Shown here: one piece after another, positions 48,519-61,067 of the stretch
Layout: each line of letters opens with the position of its first letter
How positions within the stretch are numbered: position 1 is the stretch's first letter
Origin: a virus
Virus record (IMG/VR): IMGVR_UViG_3300028393_000021
DNA length: 64,000 nt
Direction: 5' to 3' (one strand)
The notes under the pieces: generated by a model
What the model was told of the DNA's origin: nothing
What the model saw: only the letters and a program-made list of their open reading frames with translations
Database searches by the model: none
Position numbers and translations under genes: made by a program

Positions 48519-51500
48519 TTATGATCCTATTGCTAATATATACGGTGTCATGACCGCAAACAGACTTTTTGTAAATGTTCTTCCAGAAATTGTTCCTATA
48601 CTGTTATTTATAACCAAGTCATTTCCAATTCTAAAATCTCCCTGTTGATCTGTTGCGGTGTAATAAACTTTGCCACCATTAATAGCTATAGCATAATTAT
48701 CGCTGTTTGGTTCACCTCCCAAGAACGGTAATGCAGCATCAATATTAATACCTGCACCAATCCATTCAAAATTATGTGAAGAACTTTGTATCTGACTATA
48801 TTGATGGAATGTTACTACAGTATTATCATTGATTGTTGACGGTACTGTTGTTTGTAGAACAACAGTACTTGAATATTCATTTTCCACTACATTAGCAATT
48901 ATATCTACTAATGCTTGGGCTCGTAATGATTCTACGCTAGTAGCAGTAGTATAACTAACAATTTGAGTTAACGCGGTATACCTAGGAGTAAATGCGGTAT
49001 TTAATACTACATTATCTATAATATCTTTAATACGAGAGTAACCAGCAATAGTGGCTAATTTTTGTTTACTTGGAACTCTTAATACGCCACCATCATAATA
49101 TGCATCACCGGCTTTAGCAGTTTGACTATTACCGTTATATAATAAATCATAACTTACTGCATCTATTATGTAACCGACATCTCGTTTACAGGTTGCAGTA
49201 CTGTACACTAATCCCACATAGCTAGTATTGATAAATGCCACAGTTTCTGCCTGTATAAAAGTTCTATTTGCTAATAATAAATTAAAAGCGTTTTTTACGC
49301 TTACATTTGTACTTTCAGTAAGAGGAATAGAAACTTTTGGAAGAGCAACACTTGGACCATTAATAATAATATTTGTTATGGTAGATATTTTAGAATTAAT
49401 TAATCCAACTTCTATAGATGTTGCTGTATTAGCACTAACGGTTTGAGTAACTGTACTTTGATAGGGATTAGTTATTAAACTACCTTTAATAATAGATGAT
49501 GAAATATCTCTGATAAAATTATATGCAGCAGTAGTCTGCGGTATTTCGTTAGCGATCACAGTGGCTGTTGAATCAGTATTATAACCATAATAGTAGACTC
49601 CGCTCATAACGCTCTGTCTATTACCACCATGCAATAAATCAAATGCTACACTATCAAGAATATATCCAACATCACGACTACAGGTATCTTGATTATAACT
49701 ATATAAACTATTAACATAGCCAACTGTTTCTGCTTGTATAAAACTTCTATTTGCTAATAATAAATTAAAAGCATTGACAAAAGTAGTAGTAGAAGTGGCA
49801 GTTAATCCAATTGGGATTTTAGAAGTTACTACGCCTGGACCATTATTAATAATATTTGTTATTGTATTGATATTATTAACTATTAATGCTGCTTCAACAG
49901 AAGTTGCTGTATTAATACTAATAGATTGTTTTATAATACTTTGATAACGCGGAGTTACTGTAATACCTTGTATTATATTGCTTGTAAGTGTTTTAATATA
50001 ATTGTATGCAGCAGTAGTCTGTGCGATTTGGTTAACTATTACAGTAGATGAACTATTAAAATTGTAATAATACACACCACTCATAACACTTTGTCTATTA
50101 CCACCATGTATTAAATCAAATGCAATAGAATCAATGACGTATCCCAAATCTCTATAACATGTAGATGTATTAAATGTAAATGATGGATTATTAGTAGTAA
50201 TCCAATTGAGTGTTAATGTTTGTAATTGAGCTTTTGAACTTCTGATTACATTATATGCATTTACAATATTTGTAGTAGTTTTTCTAACACCATTTGGAAC
50301 TATTAATGAAGTTATACCAGTATCATAATTCTTGTCTATTTCTATAATTAGACCATCAATCATAGCAAGTTTAACTGCTAATAACAGTTTGGCAGAAGTA
50401 CTTGTGGTTGTAGGGTATACTATTACAGGTAAAGAATTGGTATTACCGCTAGATATAACTCCTTTAACTATATTAACTAATGAGTCTAACTCTGTTGCTT
50501 CTGTAGCAGATGCAGGATTAGTTATGATTTGTGTTAATCCATCATTAGTAGTTGAAGGTGTAACCGTTTGTCCTTGAACGATTTGACCAACTACAGTTTG
50601 TAGTCTAGTATAAGCAGCAACCGTAGCAGCTATTTCTGATCCTCCTATTAATAAACTTCCCGAAAAATATGCAGACGCAGCACCTCGGCTTGCAGTATTT
50701 CCGCCATACATAACATCGTAGCATAATGCATCGATTATATATCCCACATCTCTAAAACATTTACTTGAACTATAAGTTAAATCAGAATAGTAATCGTATA
50801 TATACGCAATAATTTCTGTTTGTATATATGTTTTATTAGCAATTAATAAGTTTTTAGCTTTGATAGCATTTGCGCTACGTGCGGTATTATTATTAAACAC
50901 CAACGCCGATGGAGTTGATCCATTAATAATATTTGTTATTTCATCAAACTTTACATTAGCAGTAGAAGTTGATAATGATTGAGCTGTTTGCGTTTTTAAA
51001 TAATTTATAGCAAATAATGTTTGTGCTAATTCAGTATTCAACACTATATTTGTTGATGTTATGTATCGACGATATGCAGCACCGGCAGTAACTGAATTAT
51101 AATTAGTACCAAACGCCACATCATATGCAACACCAGTTAGAATAATATCAGAATCTCTTCTGCAGGTTGTTCTGTTATAATTTAGATATACAGTTCCGGT
51201 GTTAAAAATATATAATAATGTGTTAAAATTATTGCTAACACTAGTACCAACTGTGGCACCACCAGCTGCTATTACATTTCCTACTAATAATCCTTTTAAA
51301 TATGATATTGCGTTACTAGTAGTAGTTAATTGTGAGCCGATGATCCCAGTATATCCTGTATTTTGACTCCAATATTGTAATCCCGCAAACGTTGATTGAC
51401 TAGTGCCACCGTATAATAGATCAAAAGCCACCGAATCAACTATTAATCCTACATCTCTACTGCATTTTGCTTGATTATATGCAAATCCATTTGAATATGT

Positions 51501-53498
51501 AGAATTTATCCAACTAATAGTAGCTTCTTGTAATAAAGACCTACTAGCAACAATAGCATTATATGCGGCCACTGTACTGGTATTAGTCGTCGCAGTAGAA
51601 TTAGGAACGATTTGAGATGAGATACCACTTGTACCAGTATTTAAAATATACAATATCTTATTAAAATTATTTGTAACTGTTGTGGCAGCAACCGTTCCTC
51701 CTGTTGCACTACTGATAGCAATTACTTGATCTCGCACATATGCAATTGCTGCACTAGTAGTAGTTAATTCTCTACCAATAGCACCTGTAAGGCCTGTTTG
51801 ACTCCAATATTGTAATCCAGCAAATACACTTTGACTAGTGCCGCCCTGCAACAAATCAAATGCAATAGAATCAACAATGAGTCCAGTGTCTCTATAACAT
51901 GTGGCGGTGTTATAAGTAAAATTGCTAATATATCCCACTGTTTCTTCTGCTATGAGAGTTTTGTTAGCTTGCAAGATTGTTACAGCCTTGAGAGCATTTG
52001 TAGCAGTAGTGCTAGTATTAATAGAAGGAAGATTATATGTTATAGCAGGTATTACACCATATCCGTTTTGAACTATATCTAATAGTAAAACAAATAAAGC
52101 ATTAACTCGATTATATGCAGCACTACCACTTGTTAAGGATGCTAATATTTTATTTTGTAAAAATACAATAGCGTTTATAGTTTGTGTTTTTTGAGTAGTA
52201 ATTACATTAGAACCTGATGCTCGATAATAACTTGAACCTGCTTGTATAGTTTGATAATTTGTGTTTAATACCATGTCATAGGATATTGCATCTATAATAT
52301 TACCTACATCTCTGCTACATTTAAATTGATTAAAACTAAACCCTGGAAATGCTTCTAAAATATGATTAATGGTTAATATTTGTAATTTTGCTTTTTCATC
52401 TAAAATAGTTTGTCTAGCATTTCTTAACACAGCATCATACTGACTATTGTCCCAAACTACACTTAATGGATATACAATATCTGTAGATCCAGTTTTAAAT
52501 GCAGTACTTGAAGCAACAGCATAATAATTACCATCTCCAAAATTTACAGCATCGCCTATAGCCGGTTTAGTTCCAAGTCCGTCAATAACAAATGTTCTCC
52601 CACTAGTGTCGCCTACAACCTTACCAGCATGTCTAATAGCTCCAACACCGTCTGCATATAATGCATAATTACCAAAGCTACTGTTACTGTTGGTAATAGA
52701 ACAAAATCCGCCTGATTCGCATAAGTACCCTATATTGCAACATATAGTAAAAACTGATACTAACGAAGCATACCCGCTGTTTAACATGTGAATGCCAATA
52801 CCGCCTTGATTATACTGTGTAAATGCATCAACCATCATGCTCTTTGTTCCCAATGCATGATTGCCGTTGACCCGCATACCGGTTCCGTCAGTGGTCATGC
52901 TAGTACAGTTTTGTACATATGGACTTGTTGATATAACACCTGCGCTACCGTCAATTGGAAATGCTATTGCTGCTGCTGGTGCTTCATGTCCTTTAAACGT
53001 TATGTTTGCTATGTATACACCATTGTTTACATAAAATATGTCGTTGGTTGATGTTGTGGCTCTGACATTGACTGTTCTTAAATTATCACCCACAATAGCA
53101 ACAGACTTTGGAACCGTTATAGGAGTAATCTCAGTGTAATCACCGCTTTTAACAAAAATAGTAGTACCAGTGGTTGCGATTGCTACCGCTGCTTTAATAG
53201 TGAGTTTAGATTCGTTTAAAGTTGTTCCGCTATAAGAATCATTGCCGCTTTTACTTACATATAATACATTTTGAACAGCAATACTAGGGCCTTGCGGACC
53301 TTGAATACCTTTACTACCAACATAACCCTGTATACCACCGTAGGGTAAATCATTCCAATGCAGAATACCGTTACCAATTTTAAATAAATTAGTATTGGTT
53401 TCGATACCCATTTCTCCCTGGGCAAGAATAGGATTTGCGGTACCTGTATTGCTCCATTCTGTGGATGTACCGCGTCTAAATTGAATTTGAATTGCCAT
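48519..53498 (-). CDS. Giant virion protein: Mtd-N-like N-terminus, beta-helix and eight helical C-x-R-D repeats
   Basis: IQFRRGT..EW..NPILAQGEMGIET..FKIGNG; LYVSKSGND..G; eight C.RD repeats; ATAAATA at 53524-53530. Confidence 0.75.
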   Translation of the reverse strand: MAIQIQFRRGTSTEWSNTGTANPILAQGEMGIETNTNLFKIGNGILHWNDLPYGGIQGYVGSKGIQGPQGPSIAVQNVLYVSKSGNDSYSGTTLNESKLTIKAAVAIATTGTTIFVKSGDYTEITPITVPKSVAIVGDNLRTVNVRATTSTNDIFYVNNGVYIANITFKGHEAPAAAIAFPIDGSAGVISTSPYVQNCTSMTTDGTGMRVNGNHALGTKSMMVDAFTQYNQGGIGIHMLNSGYASLVSVFTICCNIGYLCESGGFCSITNSNSSFGNYALYADGVGAIRHAGKVVGDTSGRTFVIDGLGTKPAIGDAVNFGDGNYYAVASSTAFKTGSTDIVYPLSVVWDNSQYDAVLRNARQTILDEKAKLQILTINHILEAFPGFSFNQFKCSRDVGNIIDAISYDMVLNTNYQTIQAGSSYYRASGSNVITTQKTQTINAIVFLQNKILASLTSGSAAYNRVNALFVLLLDIVQNGYGVIPAITYNLPSINTSTTATNALKAVTILQANKTLIAEETVGYISNFTYNTATCYRDTGLIVDSIAFDLLQGGTSQSVFAGLQYWSQTGLTGAIGRELTTTSAAIAYVRDQVIAISSATGGTVAATTVTNNFNKILYILNTGTSGISSQIVPNSTATTNTSTVAAYNAIVASRSLLQEATISWINSTYSNGFAYNQAKCSRDVGLIVDSVAFDLLYGGTSQSTFAGLQYWSQNTGYTGIIGSQLTTTSNAISYLKGLLVGNVIAAGGATVGTSVSNNFNTLLYIFNTGTVYLNYNRTTCRRDSDIILTGVAYDVAFGTNYNSVTAGAAYRRYITSTNIVLNTELAQTLFAINYLKTQTAQSLSTSTANVKFDEITNIINGSTPSALVFNNNTARSANAIKAKNLLIANKTYIQTEIIAYIYDYYSDLTYSSSKCFRDVGYIIDALCYDVMYGGNTASRGAASAYFSGSLLIGGSEIAATVAAYTRLQTVVGQIVQGQTVTPSTTNDGLTQIITNPASATEATELDSLVNIVKGVISSGNTNSLPVIVYPTTTSTSAKLLLAVKLAMIDGLIIEIDKNYDTGITSLIVPNGVRKTTTNIVNAYNVIRSSKAQLQTLTLNWITTNNPSFTFNTSTCYRDLGYVIDSIAFDLIHGGNRQSVMSGVYYYNFNSSSTVIVNQIAQTTAAYNYIKTLTSNIIQGITVTPRYQSIIKQSISINTATSVEAALIVNNINTITNIINNGPGVVTSKIPIGLTATSTTTFVNAFNLLLANRSFIQAETVGYVNSLYSYNQDTCSRDVGYILDSVAFDLLHGGNRQSVMSGVYYYGYNTDSTATVIANEIPQTTAAYNFIRDISSSIIKGSLITNPYQSTVTQTVSANTATSIEVGLINSKISTITNIIINGPSVALPKVSIPLTESTNVSVKNAFNLLLANRTFIQAETVAFINTSYVGLVYSTATCKRDVGYIIDAVSYDLLYNGNSQTAKAGDAYYDGGVLRVPSKQKLATIAGYSRIKDIIDNVVLNTAFTPRYTALTQIVSYTTATSVESLRAQALVDIIANVVENEYSSTVVLQTTVPSTINDNTVVTFHQYSQIQSSSHNFEWIGAGINIDAALPFLGGEPNSDNYAIAINGGKVYYTATDQQGDFRIGNDLVINNSIGTISGRTFTKSLFAVMTPYILAIGS

Positions 53499-53526
53499 TT
53501 TAAGTGTTATGTGTAATTTGTAATAT

Positions 53527-54984
53527 TTATGTTAAAACGCCGCCTGCATCTAAACTGGTAATTCCACCGTATACTGAATCGGGACGACCGCCATCAAAGT
53601 TACCTATAATTGCATTACTAGCACTGCCTGTGTACCCATCTCTACCGATAAATCCTGAACTACCTGTATATCCGTTGCTGCCTATATATCCAAGACTACC
53701 AGTATATCCTCTACCCGCGTATGCGCCATCTGCCCCAACACTACCGGTAAATCCAAGACCAAAACTACCTGTAAATCCCCTTTCAGTGCTGGCAGAACCA
53801 GTGTAACCAAAACTACCCCAATAACCAATACTACCCCAATATCCATTGCTACCCCAATATCCATTGCTACCCCAATACCCTTGGCGGCCTTCACTGCCGA
53901 CATAACCTGTACTACCGATATATCCGCTTGCTGTACTAGCACTACCAGTAAATCCAGTAAGTCCAACTACCCCTCGACTACCTGTATAGCTTGTACTACC
54001 TGTGAATCCCACACTACCCGTATAACCTGTACTACCTATATATCCACTAGCAGTACTTGCCGAACCTGTAAAACCAAAACTACCCCAATATCCCTGATCA
54101 CCTTGACTACCTGTGAATCCCACACTACCAGTAAATCCTAAACTACCAGTGAATCCATAAATGCCCTGACTACCTGTGAATCCAAAACTACCCCAATATC
54201 CCTGATCACCTTGACTACCTATGAATCCCACACTACCGGTAAATCCAAAACTACCAACGTAACCTTGACTACCTATGAATCCCACACTACCAGTAAATCC
54301 AAAACTACCAGCAAATCCCACACTACCGGTATAACCTCGACTACCAGTATAACCAACACTGCCCCGATAACCAACACTGCCCCAATAACCAACACTGCCC
54401 CAATAACCTGTAATACCTTGTGGGCCTTTGATTTCTCCTGCATCTATCCAACTAGCTCCACTCCAAATCCAAAGATGGCCAGTATCTGTGGCAATATAAC
54501 CATCGCCACGTGTTCCAGAAGGTGGCAAATCGGATGAAGCTGCTACTGATCCCAGGATATTAACAGAAGTACCATCTGCACCACGACTACCCACATAACC
54601 AACACTACCAGTAAAACCGGTAGCTGTGCTTGCTGAGCCAGTATATCCAAATTCAACCAAGGTCCAGTTTGCTTCAGCATTGGGACTTGCACCAGTAGAA
54701 CTATTTCTAACTTCACTGGATAATAATTTATATGTATAATATCTACCGCCCGATCTAGTATATCCACTAGCGGTATAGGTTGTTGTGACATATACAAGCA
54801 TACCTTCTTGCAATCTTTGACCGTAGATATCTGTTAATCTATCACCGGAATTTCCTGTAATACTTTGCAACGATCCGCGTATTTCAGTATCTAAAACAAT
54901 CGGCTGATTGCTACTAGGGCTCCATGTACCGGGCCATAGATTTCGCGTTAATCCATCATAATTTGTGCTTGTAGTTGAACTCAT
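53527..54984 (-). CDS. Collagen-like (GYTGS) fibre protein
   Basis: About 270 aa of G-X-Y triplets. Confidence 0.75.
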   Translation of the reverse strand: MSSTTSTNYDGLTRNLWPGTWSPSSNQPIVLDTEIRGSLQSITGNSGDRLTDIYGQRLQEGMLVYVTTTYTASGYTRSGGRYYTYKLLSSEVRNSSTGASPNAEANWTLVEFGYTGSASTATGFTGSVGYVGSRGADGTSVNILGSVAASSDLPPSGTRGDGYIATDTGHLWIWSGASWIDAGEIKGPQGITGYWGSVGYWGSVGYRGSVGYTGSRGYTGSVGFAGSFGFTGSVGFIGSQGYVGSFGFTGSVGFIGSQGDQGYWGSFGFTGSQGIYGFTGSLGFTGSVGFTGSQGDQGYWGSFGFTGSASTASGYIGSTGYTGSVGFTGSTSYTGSRGVVGLTGFTGSASTASGYIGSTGYVGSEGRQGYWGSNGYWGSNGYWGSIGYWGSFGYTGSASTERGFTGSFGLGFTGSVGADGAYAGRGYTGSLGYIGSNGYTGSSGFIGRDGYTGSASNAIIGNFDGGRPDSVYGGITSLDAGGVLT

Positions 54985-57900
54985 GTTATACTCACATATG
55001 TATTACCGTTTTGCAACGTAATTCCATATAAATTATATGTAACTGCAACATACCCTGGTAATGGACTATCTGGTTGTAGATTAACAGTATTACCTGTGAC
55101 CACAGTTACATCACTTAACAACCCCGCACTTGCACCTGTTCTAAATGTAGTAGGTTGACTTCCACCAGCTCTTACAGCAAACCAAAGTGCTTGTGGTCCT
55201 CCACTTGAATTATTAATTAATCCTACTAACGAACTTGTTAAATTTGCTAATTGTGTTACCCCTGAGGAAAATCCCGTACCTGTTACATATGTTGATCTAG
55301 TGGGTATTGTTGACGCACCAGCAGTAAATACCCACAATGAAGGATAGGTAAATGAGGCATTTGGATTTGACGATGTTGCTGATACTATAATGTCATAGGC
55401 TGTACCGGTAACTGAACTAGGTCTTTTAAATGTAGTTGTAACTAACACAGTTCTACCACCTGTATTGTCTTTATGTAGACGGTCAGTAAATGTAAAAGTA
55501 CCCGAGCCAAAACCGTTATCAGCAGTTCCTCCTGCTATAGATACGCTGTGGGGGAAATTTACAGCATTTGTCATACCTGTTACAGTAATTGTATATGCAA
55601 CCGAGGCATAACTTTGTAAAAAAGTCAATCCTGTTAAATTAGACAACGAAATTGATAACGTAGGAGTTGCCCAATTAATTGACCAAGTGGCAGGTATTGC
55701 ATATGACACAGTACTTGATCCATCGTAGTAACTAACTCCCACTTGAGCACTAACGGTGCTACCGGCAATAGTACTACTAATAGGTCTTATATATGCAGAG
55801 CCGCTATACGTAAAGCCTTGTATCCAACTTATTCCTCCAGCAGGAGTATTCGATGGCGTCTGTGCTATAAACGTTGAGAATGCACTTATAGATCCTGCTG
55901 TGGCTGTAATTGATGTAACACTATTGATATATTGATCTGTAATATCCGGAGGATTAGTAACATTCACAATAAATCCCGAGGCAGGAACATCCCAATTTAA
56001 CGATGCACTAGGAGAAGGCACTGAAGACACCACGGGTGTAAATGTTGCCAATGTTAATTGCAATTTATTAGCTACAAATGCAGCAGTTCTAACTGGTTTA
56101 GTAACTAAATTTTCTTTATATCCTGTTAATGTTCTATTATCACCACTTGCAGTCCAAACTAATGTTTCATTGCCTGACCCTGCACCAGATGCAATATTAA
56201 TAGTTACATTATTACCAGTAGCAACAGCAGTAACTCCTGTGCCTGTAAATGCAATACTAGTTACATTTTGTGTTAATGTGGTAGCATTAGCAATGATAGC
56301 TACTGCCGATCCAGCTCCCGCACTACCAACATAACCTGTGCTACCTATGTATCCACTGGCAGTGCTGGCTGAACCAGTATAACCTTTGCTACCGGTATAT
56401 CCTAGACTACCAGTGTAACCTGTGCTACCTATATATCCACTAGCAGTGCTGGCTGAACCAGTATAACCTGTGCTACCCCAATACCCTGTACTACCAGTGT
56501 AACCTGTGCTACCTATATATCCACTAGCAGTGCTTGCCGAACCTGTATACCCAAAACTGCCCCAATAGCCAGTGTCTCCTTGACTACCAGTATACCCTGC
56601 GCTACCTGTATATGCCATACTACCAGTATAACCAAAGCTACCTGTATACCCAAAGCTACCCCAATACCCAGTGTCTCCTTGGCTACCTGTATATGCCATA
56701 CTACCAGTATAACCAAAGCTACCAGTATAACCTGTGCTACCTATATATCCTAGACTACCGGTATAACCTGTGCTACCAGTATATCCCAAACTACCAACGT
56801 AACCTTCACTTCCCCAATAACCGGTAATACCTTGTTCGCCGAGAGGACCTAGACTACCAGTATACCCAACACTACCGGTATACCCTGTACTACCTATATA
56901 TCCACTTTCGGTGCTGGCTGATCCTGTAAAACCAACACTACCTGTATAACCTAAACTACCGGTATAACCTGTGCTACCTATATATCCTAAACTACCAACG
57001 TAACCTTCACTTCCCCAATAACCTTGTTCGCCTTGACTACCTGTAAATCCTAGACTACCTTGAATACCTTGACTACCGAAATATCCTGTAAGACCTTTTG
57101 AGCCTGTAAATCCTTTACTACCAGTATATCCTAGACTACCAGTATAACCAAAGCTACCCCAGTAACCGGTAATTCCTTGACTACCGGTAAAACCTCGACT
57201 ACCTGTGTATGCCGTACTACCAGTGTAACCAAAACTACCAGTATAACCAAAACTGCCCCAATAACCAACACTACCTCGATATCCAGTGGATCCCCAATAC
57301 CCTTGATTACCTTGACTACCTGTAAATCCTGTTTTACCAAAACTACCAGTATAACCTCGAACTCCACGAGCACCTGTAATCTGCCCAATCTCGTTCCATT
57401 GAGATCCGTCATATAAGTAAAGATATCCCGGAAAACCAGCTGTTACATCGCCAACAATCCAGCCGTCACCAAGTTCGGGATCTGGCGGTAAATTTCCAAT
57501 AGTTAAAATACTACCTAGAATGTGTACTGAATCGCCTCGATCACCTTGACTACCTGTATAACCTAGGCTACCATCATATCCCTGACTGCCAACATAACCA
57601 AAGCTGCCGCTGTATCCACTACTACCCAAATACCCTGTAGATCCCCAATAGCCGGTAATACCTTGACTACCTGTGTATGCCATACTACCAGTATACCCTA
57701 TACTACCAGTATAACCAAAGCTACCCCAGTAACCGGTAATTCCTTGACTACCGGTAAAACCTCGACTACCTGTGTATGCCATACTACCAGTGTAACCAAA
57801 ACTACCAGTATAACCAAAACTACCCCAGTAACCAGTAATTCCTTGACTACCTGTATATGCCATACTACCAGTATAACCTAAACTACCAGTGTAACCTGTA

Positions 57901-59645
57901 CTACCTATATATCCTAAACTACCAGTATATCCAATACTTCCCCAAAAACCTTGATCGCCCGTACTACCAGTATATCCAATACTTCCCCAAAAACCGCGTA
58001 ATCCCTGTCCTCCGGTGAATCCCCTACTACCAGTATATCCATCAATACCTTGACTACCAGTGTAACCAAAACTACCAGTATAACCAAAACTACCCCAGTA
58101 ACCAGTAATTCCTTGACTACCTGTATATGCCATACTACCAGTATAACCAAAGCTACCAGTATACCCTAAACTACCAGTATAACCAAAACTACCCCAATAT
58201 CCAGTGTCTCCTTGACTACCAGTATACCCTGTACTACCAGTATAACCAAAACTACCCCAATAACCTGTACTACCAGTATAACCAAAACTACCCCAATAAC
58301 CTGTACTACCAGTATAACCTGTGCTACCCCAATACCCTGTACTACCAGTATAACCTGTGCTACCCCAATATCCTGTACTACCAGTATAACCAAAACTACC
58401 CCAATAACCTGTACTACCAGTATAACCTTTGCTACCCCAATACCCTGTACTACCAGTGTAACCTGTGCTACCTATGTATCCTAGACTACCGGTAAATCCA
58501 AAACTACCCCAATAACCTGTACTACCAGTATAACCCGTGCTACCTATATATCCTGTACTACCAGTGTAACCTGTGCTACCTATGTATCCTAGACTACCAG
58601 TATATCCCTCACTGCCCCAATAACCTGTACTACCAGTGTAACCTGTGCTACCTATATATCCTGTACTACCAGTGTAACCTGTGCTACCTATGTATCCTAG
58701 ACTACCAGTATATCCCTCACTGCCCCAATAACCTGTACTACCAGTGTAACCTGTGCTACCGGTATATCCTAAACTACCAGTGTAACCTGTGCTACCTATG
58801 TATCCACTGGCAGTGCTGGCTGAACCAGTATAACCTGTGCTACCCCAATACCCTGTACTACCAGTGTAACCTGTGCTACCTATATATCCACTGGCAGTGC
58901 TGGCTGAACCAGTATAACCTGTGCTACCCCAATACCCTGTACTACCAGTGTAACCTGTGCTACCTATGTATCCACTGGCAGTGCTGGCTGAACCAGTGTA
59001 ACCTGTGCTACCGGTATATCCTAAACTACCAGTATAACCTGTGCTACCTATATATCCACTAGCAGTGCTGGCTGAACCAGTGTAACCTGTGCTACCGGTA
59101 TATCCTAAACTACCAGTATAACCTGTGCTACCTATATATCCACTAGCAGTGCTGGCTGAACCAGTGTAACCTGTGCTACCCCAATAACCTGTACTACCAG
59201 TGTAACCTGTGCTACCTATGTATCCTAGACTACCAGTATATCCCTCACTGCCCCAATACCCTGTACTACCAGTGTAACCTGTGCTACCTATATATCCTGT
59301 ACTACCAGTGTAACCTGTGCTACCTATGTATCCTAGACTACCGGTAAATCCAAAACTACCCCAATAACCTGTACTACCAGTATAACCCGTGCTACCTATA
59401 TATCCTAGACTACCGGTAAATCCCAATGGTCCTATTTTTAAGATTAGATCACTATCGGTTGTTCCGTTTTTCCAATAATATTCTGATAGTACTCCGCCGG
59501 ATATTACTCCGATGAGTAAGCCTTGATGGCGTGTAGATGTAGTTATTGACGCTATAGCAGTGGCGGTACTGTCATAGGGGCCGTAACGACTATCAAGTGC
59601 TAAGCCTGTTCCTATTTTTATATTGTCATTTAATAAAATTGCCAT
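54981..59645 (-). CDS. Long collagen-like (GYTGS) fibre protein with globular C-terminal domain
   Basis: Roughly 1000 aa of G-X-Y triplets in two arrays; TAAATA at 59655-59660. Confidence 0.78.
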   Translation of the reverse strand: MAILLNDNIKIGTGLALDSRYGPYDSTATAIASITTSTRHQGLLIGVISGGVLSEYYWKNGTTDSDLILKIGPLGFTGSLGYIGSTGYTGSTGYWGSFGFTGSLGYIGSTGYTGSTGYIGSTGYTGSTGYWGSEGYTGSLGYIGSTGYTGSTGYWGSTGYTGSASTASGYIGSTGYTGSLGYTGSTGYTGSASTASGYIGSTGYTGSLGYTGSTGYTGSASTASGYIGSTGYTGSTGYWGSTGYTGSASTASGYIGSTGYTGSTGYWGSTGYTGSASTASGYIGSTGYTGSLGYTGSTGYTGSTGYWGSEGYTGSLGYIGSTGYTGSTGYIGSTGYTGSTGYWGSEGYTGSLGYIGSTGYTGSTGYIGSTGYTGSTGYWGSFGFTGSLGYIGSTGYTGSTGYWGSKGYTGSTGYWGSFGYTGSTGYWGSTGYTGSTGYWGSTGYTGSTGYWGSFGYTGSTGYWGSFGYTGSTGYTGSQGDTGYWGSFGYTGSLGYTGSFGYTGSMAYTGSQGITGYWGSFGYTGSFGYTGSQGIDGYTGSRGFTGGQGLRGFWGSIGYTGSTGDQGFWGSIGYTGSLGYIGSTGYTGSLGYTGSMAYTGSQGITGYWGSFGYTGSFGYTGSMAYTGSRGFTGSQGITGYWGSFGYTGSIGYTGSMAYTGSQGITGYWGSTGYLGSSGYSGSFGYVGSQGYDGSLGYTGSQGDRGDSVHILGSILTIGNLPPDPELGDGWIVGDVTAGFPGYLYLYDGSQWNEIGQITGARGVRGYTGSFGKTGFTGSQGNQGYWGSTGYRGSVGYWGSFGYTGSFGYTGSTAYTGSRGFTGSQGITGYWGSFGYTGSLGYTGSKGFTGSKGLTGYFGSQGIQGSLGFTGSQGEQGYWGSEGYVGSLGYIGSTGYTGSLGYTGSVGFTGSASTESGYIGSTGYTGSVGYTGSLGPLGEQGITGYWGSEGYVGSLGYTGSTGYTGSLGYIGSTGYTGSFGYTGSMAYTGSQGDTGYWGSFGYTGSFGYTGSMAYTGSAGYTGSQGDTGYWGSFGYTGSASTASGYIGSTGYTGSTGYWGSTGYTGSASTASGYIGSTGYTGSLGYTGSKGYTGSASTASGYIGSTGYVGSAGAGSAVAIIANATTLTQNVTSIAFTGTGVTAVATGNNVTINIASGAGSGNETLVWTASGDNRTLTGYKENLVTKPVRTAAFVANKLQLTLATFTPVVSSVPSPSASLNWDVPASGFIVNVTNPPDITDQYINSVTSITATAGSISAFSTFIAQTPSNTPAGGISWIQGFTYSGSAYIRPISSTIAGSTVSAQVGVSYYDGSSTVSYAIPATWSINWATPTLSISLSNLTGLTFLQSYASVAYTITVTGMTNAVNFPHSVSIAGGTADNGFGSGTFTFTDRLHKDNTGGRTVLVTTTFKRPSSVTGTAYDIIVSATSSNPNASFTYPSLWVFTAGASTIPTRSTYVTGTGFSSGVTQLANLTSSLVGLINNSSGGPQALWFAVRAGGSQPTTFRTGASAGLLSDVTVVTGNTVNLQPDSPLPGYVAVTYNLYGITLQNGNTYVSIT
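56320..59430 (-). repeat. Main coding array of 9/18-bp repeats (GYT-GST type triplets)
   Basis: Plus strand dominated by ctaccagtataacc / ctaccccaataacc / gctacctatatatcc units; non-repetitive spacer at about 57370-57540. Confidence 0.95.
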
Positions 59646-59661
59646 ATACGGTTATATTTAA

Positions 59662-61014
59662 TTAATAAAACTGATACACTCCGTTAGTGGTTTGTTGAGA
59701 AGGACTTATATAAATGGTGTACGATACACTGGACCAAAGTACTGTAGGAGAATTTACATTTACTGTGCCATTACGTTTCATAAATCCAGATGTTATTGAG
59801 CCATCGGGTGTTCCAATGTCACCGGTGTTAGTGGCATTTCCTACATTAAGCCATTTAGTTTTATTTGCATATGTTGCGGGAATCGCAAACCAAAGGAATT
59901 GACTATAAGCATTAAATGTAATACTAATTGTTCCACTGGCATTAGATAAATTTTTAGTTGATGTGCCCTCGTATATAATATTAGCAACTCTAGCTGCGGT
60001 GAAAGGGGATGCCTCTGATGAAACGCCCCAGAACCATGGATAAATTCCTGTAACAGTTACAACATCACTATTCAATGAACCGGCAGCAATAAAGTTTGTA
60101 GATGTTACTCCTTTATTATTTTGTTTAGGTAGGCCTGCAGCATAGAATGCAGAGCCACTCCATGATACACTGCTAGATGTGGTACTAATACCAGTTTCCT
60201 GTACTGATATTATTTTATAATAATAATTAGGGTTATTAGGATCAGCATAGCCAAACTGGGCTGCTACATCTCCAGCTGCGCCTTGTAAAGGGGCGGGTGT
60301 GGTTGGTATGAGTGGGGTGCCATTCTTAGTTATTTGTAATCTCGATAGTGCTCCTGCATCATTTTTAACCACAAGTAAAGTAATTTGCTGAGTGTAAATT
60401 ACTCCAACTTCGTTAGGACCTGCAAATGTACTTTGTATTTGTATTGCAGGATAGGTATAAGTTGGCGCTTGGTCAGGAAATAATATAGTGTCTAATACTT
60501 CTACAATGCTTTTAGTTTTCCATGTAGATGCAGGCAGTACACCGGCACCGCCAATAGCAATGCTATTGGTACTGTCGGGTACTAGAGTATTATACACTGT
60601 TGTTAGTGTGTTGTTAGATATAGCTACACCGGAATTGGGTTTTGGTACCAATGTAGGTGGTACCAGCGAAGCTAACCACTGTATTTCTGTTCCTACAAAA
60701 CCTTTAGCTACTGCTACTTCGTAAGCACTTAATCCTTTACTTCCCACATAACCAAAGCTGCCCCAATAACCTGTAATACCCTGTGTACCGGTACTACCAG
60801 TATAACCTGTGCTACCTATATATCCTAGACTACCGGTATATCCCTTACTGCCCCAATAGCCAGTAATACCCTGACTACCTGCATAACCACCGCTACCTGC
60901 ATAACCTATAGTGGTAGAAACGGCTTCCCAAAAACGTGTATTCCATTTCCAAGTACGGTTTCCGTAGGTATAACGCTCATTTGGTTCTGGTTCTGTAGGA
61001 AATTGTAATGCCAT
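59662..61014 (-). CDS. Fibre protein with short collagen-like segment and globular C-terminus
   Basis: MALQFPTEP...WKWN..FW N-terminus; GYTGS stretch; TAAATA at 61032-61037. Confidence 0.7.
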   Translation of the reverse strand: MALQFPTEPEPNERYTYGNRTWKWNTRFWEAVSTTIGYAGSGGYAGSQGITGYWGSKGYTGSLGYIGSTGYTGSTGTQGITGYWGSFGYVGSKGLSAYEVAVAKGFVGTEIQWLASLVPPTLVPKPNSGVAISNNTLTTVYNTLVPDSTNSIAIGGAGVLPASTWKTKSIVEVLDTILFPDQAPTYTYPAIQIQSTFAGPNEVGVIYTQQITLLVVKNDAGALSRLQITKNGTPLIPTTPAPLQGAAGDVAAQFGYADPNNPNYYYKIISVQETGISTTSSSVSWSGSAFYAAGLPKQNNKGVTSTNFIAAGSLNSDVVTVTGIYPWFWGVSSEASPFTAARVANIIYEGTSTKNLSNASGTISITFNAYSQFLWFAIPATYANKTKWLNVGNATNTGDIGTPDGSITSGFMKRNGTVNVNSPTVLWSSVSYTIYISPSQQTTNGVYQFY

Positions 61015-61067
61015 ATTAGTAGGTTTTCTATTATTTACCCTAATTATTTTTCAGGAGTCTAACTAAA

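Noticed and set aside
2238-52082. Short antisense or shifted ORFs in the ORF track (e.g. 2238, 4742, 6382, 10495, 10938, 15001, 16250, 45759, 47340)
   Set aside because: They overlap well-supported genes and show no recognisable motifs.
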